Shown here: one piece after another, positions 19,553-21,708 of the stretch
Layout of the letters: each line of letters starts with the position of its first letter
Numbering within the stretch: position 1 is the stretch's first letter
DNA from: Candidatus Fraserbacteria bacterium
GTDB lineage: Bacteria > Bipolaricaulota > Bipolaricaulia > RBG-16-55-9 > JANLFV01
DNA length: 21,708 nt
Assembly: GCA_037446135.1 (NCBI GenBank)
Contig: JBBIJD010000028.1
Span: forward strand, 1-21,708
Direction: 5' to 3'
The notes under the pieces: generated by a model
Seen by the model: only the letters and a program-made list of their open reading frames with translations
What the model was told of the DNA's origin: nothing
Databases searched by the model: none
Translations under genes and position numbers: made by a program

Positions 19553-19657
19553 CTGCCTCCCATAGAAAAAGCCCGCCTCTCGCCCATCCCCTTGCCCCCC
19601 GGCTTTCACATAACAGAACGGACAGTGAGGGATCAGCCAGCCCAGAGCAACGCTTCC

Positions 19658-19720
19658 GAATCCAGAAGGCCCCAGCCGCTTACCGTGTAGGCGCGCCTCT
19701 TCGCTCCCGCTCCTTTCTCC
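19658..19720. repeat. Degenerate copy (R1) of the inter-cassette repeat block
   Basis: GAATCCAGAAGGCCCCA (19658-19674) resembles 20352-20368 and 21668-21684. 19673-19720 matches 20885-20921 apart from an 11-nt insertion and one mismatch. Confidence 0.75.
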
Positions 19721-19809
19721 TACCTAAACGGTGCCTTTGCTTGGAGATCGAAGCCCAGGTTGTCATCGATGCTTCACCAGACCAGAGCGGGAATCACTGC
19801 GATCATTCT

Positions 19810-20077
19810 TCAATAAGCCTTGGCACGATGCTTGATCCGGTAGACCCGCACCTCACGCACCTGATCATTGGATAGTGTAGAGAATCCACCAGTCACCCAC
19901 CCGTAGGCGATATCGAGGTGGGGTGACATCCCGCAACTTGCGGACTCCTGGAGGGCGAGGGTCCTGTTCCAAGCTCAGCAGTCGCTCACGCACCCGCCGT
20001 GCTACGGAGGGTTCAAGAGTGCGGAAGTCCCGTTGCGCAGTCTGTTCCAGAAGAACCCGATAGCTCAATGATGCCAT
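19810..20077 (-). pseudogene. RelE/ParE-family toxin, frameshifted
   Basis: YRVLL...RVRERLLSLEQDPRPPGVRKL...RYRLRVGDWWILYTI then a stop at 19865. Removing one base at 19870-19871 restores NDQVREVRVYRIKHRAKAY*, a typical RelE C-terminus, with stop at 19810-19812. Confidence 0.85.
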
Positions 20078-20085
20078 GCCGCATC

Positions 20086-20283
20086 TTATGATTCAGCCGT
20101 GTGACGGCTTTCGGCTTTCAACTGGCGCAAGAACTCGCGCAACTCGATTGCTTGGTTCGGGTCCGACTCCGCGATCGCCTGTTCCAAGTCGAGCGCGTCT
20201 TCCAGATCCTCGAACAGGGTGCGCACGGCGTCTTCGGGCAGTTGATCGATCAGCCGCTTCGCCTGCTCTTTGAGTCCGCTCAT
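20086..20283 (-). CDS. Putative antitoxin of the RelE-like toxin, 65 aa
   Basis: Small acidic helical ORF (MSGLKEQAKRLIDQLPEDAV...EDLEDALDLEQAIAE) with AAAGGAG SD, ending 8 nt before the toxin start. Confidence 0.7.
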   Translation of the reverse strand: MSGLKEQAKRLIDQLPEDAVRTLFEDLEDALDLEQAIAESDPNQAIELREFLRQLKAESRHTAES

Positions 20284-20305
20284 AGCTGGACTCCTTTCTG
20301 CCCCA

Positions 20306-20334
20306 ATTTTAATAGAGCAGCCCTTGCGTGTCGA
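20306..20334 (-). promoter_or_regulatory. Promoter of the antitoxin-toxin pair
   Basis: Minus strand TCGACA, 17 bp, TAAAAT. Confidence 0.65.
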
Positions 20335-20351
20335 ACTGCGACCAATTTCTG

Positions 20352-20370
20352 GAAACCAGGAGGCCCCACC
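20352..20370. repeat. Partial copy (R2) of the inter-cassette repeat
   Basis: GAAACCAGGAGGCCCCACC, 17/19 identical to 21668-21686. Confidence 0.65.
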
Positions 20371-20392
20371 GCCTGCTCGAGCCACTCGTCGG

Positions 20393-20743
20393 TTAAGAGC
20401 CCTTCAGCAATAGCTTGGTGAGGTCGAGGTGGATCTGGTAGAGCTGGCTCCTCAGCCCCTCGAGCCTCTGGATATCAAAGGGGCTAACCCTGTCTCTTAG
20501 GATCGCATCGCACCGCTTGAGCAGCTCGCCCAACTGGTCTAGAAGCGAGGCCGCCTGCTCGATAGTCAAGCCGGTTGGGCTTGCTCTCCTGCCCTCTAGG
20601 TCCGGATTCGGAGACCCTGGGCTGGACGATCCCGAGAAGAGCTGCCCTAAGTAGATCGAGCTGAAGCCGACGAGGAAGCCTAAGGCCAGAATGGCACCCA
20701 CAAGGGCGATCCCCCTCGCCAACCTCCTTCTGTTGACCTTCAT
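20393..20743 (-). CDS. Hypothetical membrane-anchored or secreted protein, 116 aa
   Basis: Basic N-terminus plus one hydrophobic helix, Ser/Pro linker and amphipathic helices; GGAGG SD. Confidence 0.6.
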   Translation of the reverse strand: MKVNRRRLARGIALVGAILALGFLVGFSSIYLGQLFSGSSSPGSPNPDLEGRRASPTGLTIEQAASLLDQLGELLKRCDAILRDRVSPFDIQRLEGLRSQLYQIHLDLTKLLLKGS

Positions 20744-20838
20744 CCCTGCCTCCCTTGCAAGATCGCTAGAACTCCCTTACCCCTGAACCACCTCCGCTTC
20801 CGCCCCCAAACTCTACCAGACCAGAGGAGAGCCCGAGG

Positions 20839-20870
20839 AGGCCCCACCTCCCACCGCTGGGGCCTCCCCT
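20839..20870. repeat. 32-bp hairpin-forming direct repeat (R3)
   Basis: AGGCCCCACCTCCCACCGCTGGGGCCTCCCCT, identical to 21677-21708, with internal inverted arms AGGCCCCA/TGGGGCCT. Confidence 0.9.
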
Positions 20871-20881
20871 TCTCTTATCCT

Positions 20882-21610
20882 TCACAGCCGCTTACCGCTC
20901 TTCGCTCCCACTCCTTTCTCCAACTCAGATTCCAGTCTTTTAATGTAGTTCTCTACCCTCTTTGCCCAAGAAGAGAATTCTTCCTCCACCTGCCCTGGGT
21001 AATTGCCATGATAGAAGTATTCGATATGAAGGGTCTTGAAGAACTGGTAAAACTCCTTTCTGTATCCAGATGGAAGTGCATCTTCGATCCCTTTCCAGCC
21101 TAATTCCTCTCTCGCCAGATATGCCAGCGCAGCCATCCTCGCGGCATGGGCCAACTCATTAAAGGCCATCCTGATATACCGATCCTTAACCGCGGGGTCC
21201 TTTGCAGAGAAGCCCATCTTGAGGTTGCCTTTGCTCGTCTCTAACGCTGCCCAAGCCTCATCAAAACTGGGATCAAAATCTTTAACCGCCGCTCTCAAGC
21301 AAGCCCCCTCCCCGTAGAGAATCTTGTTGGCCCCTAAAATCCCTAGGGCCAATCCTTTCAGCGGTTCTCCTGCCTCCAGGACTACGACATCCACGTGATC
21401 TGTCAGGTCTAGTCCGTCCAGTGCTCCCAGATAGTCGAGCTGGTCCCCCTTCTTCTCCTTAGTGAACACCAGAAGGTCGAGGTCCCGGGCTAGCTCGGGA
21501 GCATAGACGGAGGAACCGAACTGGATGATCTCCACAATTCTAGGATCGTAATCTCTTAGCCTCTGGCAGAGTTCTTCAATAGTTTCCTGCGAAGGTTTCA
21601 CGCGTTTCAC
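20882..21610 (-). CDS. Nucleotidyltransferase (MNT, Pol-beta superfamily) domain fused to a HEPN-like helical domain
   Basis: IIQFGSSVY...RDLDLLVF...VDVVV in the N-terminal half; helical C-terminal half with AFNELAHAARMAALAYL. Two tandem GTG codons (21613 and 21610); visibly more AT-rich than the core genes. Confidence 0.7.
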   Translation of the reverse strand: MKRVKPSQETIEELCQRLRDYDPRIVEIIQFGSSVYAPELARDLDLLVFTKEKKGDQLDYLGALDGLDLTDHVDVVVLEAGEPLKGLALGILGANKILYGEGACLRAAVKDFDPSFDEAWAALETSKGNLKMGFSAKDPAVKDRYIRMAFNELAHAARMAALAYLAREELGWKGIEDALPSGYRKEFYQFFKTLHIEYFYHGNYPGQVEEEFSSWAKRVENYIKRLESELEKGVGAKSGKRL

Positions 21611-21616
21611 CACTTA

Positions 21617-21645
21617 ATAATAACACAAGATGATGTCAGGGACAA
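21617..21645 (-). promoter_or_regulatory. Promoter for the MNT-HEPN-like gene
   Basis: Minus strand TTGTCC, 17 bp ending in TGT, TATTAT; 6 nt before the GTG at 21610. Confidence 0.6.
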
Positions 21646-21667
21646 GCCGGTTCCGCTGCGTAATGGA

Positions 21668-21708
21668 GAAACTAGAAGGCCCCACCTCCCACCGCTGGGG
21701 CCTCCCCT
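21668..21708. repeat. Repeat copy R4 (contains the exact 32-bp match to R3), running to the window end
   Basis: GAAACTAGA followed by AGGCCCCACCTCCCACCGCTGGGGCCTCCCCT. Confidence 0.9.

Noticed and set aside
19335..19560. Classical tRNA-anchored genomic island
   Set aside because: The accessory DNA lies on the 5' side of the tRNAs, and I saw no duplicated tRNA 3' end and no integrase in the window.
19565..19607. Possible terminator between the toxin unit and the tRNA promoter (AAAGCC...GGCTTT)
   Set aside because: The stem is only about 6 bp with a very long loop, too weak to call.
19277..19875. ORFs 19277-19474 (-) and 19426-19875 (+)
   Set aside because: They run through tRNA genes, a promoter and repeat remnants.
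19860..19880. Programmed frameshift in the RelE-like gene
   Set aside because: No slippery run at the site, and a second apparent inactivating substitution favours pseudogenisation.
20340..20400. Integron attC site at the stop of the 116-aa gene (minus strand TCTTAAC)
   Set aside because: No matching GTTRRRY end or attC-like long imperfect palindrome is evident by eye, and the other units lack the motif.
19658..21708. CRISPR array interpretation of the 32-bp repeats
   Set aside because: Intervening segments are about 0.5-0.8 kb and protein-coding, only two copies are exact, and no cas genes are present.

Overview
GC-rich bacterial chromosomal window. Gene content and a DnaK lacking the proteobacterial-type insert would fit a deep-branching lineage such as Bipolaricaulota/Acetothermia, but this is unverified inference. 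From left to right: (1) a minus-strand operon cysD-cysN-AlkP-superfamily hydrolase-wecB (wecB is missing from the ORF track and runs off the left edge), divergent from an O-antigen-ligase/TPR membrane protein; (2) secA; (3) a CIRCE-controlled hrcA-grpE-dnaK-dnaJ operon; (4) a convergent minus-strand block tRNA-Ser(GCT), tRNA-Arg(CCG), rqcH, M50 protease, secG, two peptide-ABC ATPases and rdgB; (5) a ~2.1 kb accessory tail (19.6-21.7 kb). In the tail, four related copies of a short GC-rich motif (two of them an exact 32-bp hairpin repeat) divide the DNA into three cassette-like units: a RelBE-like pair with a frameshifted toxin, a small membrane-anchored protein, and a fused nucleotidyltransferase/HEPN-like gene. 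The main candidates for something undescribed are this repeat-delimited cassette array and the sulfate-activation/glycan operon. Other oddities are a probable ATC start codon, several leaderless-type promoters and a CysD carrying an APS-reductase-like cysteine motif.
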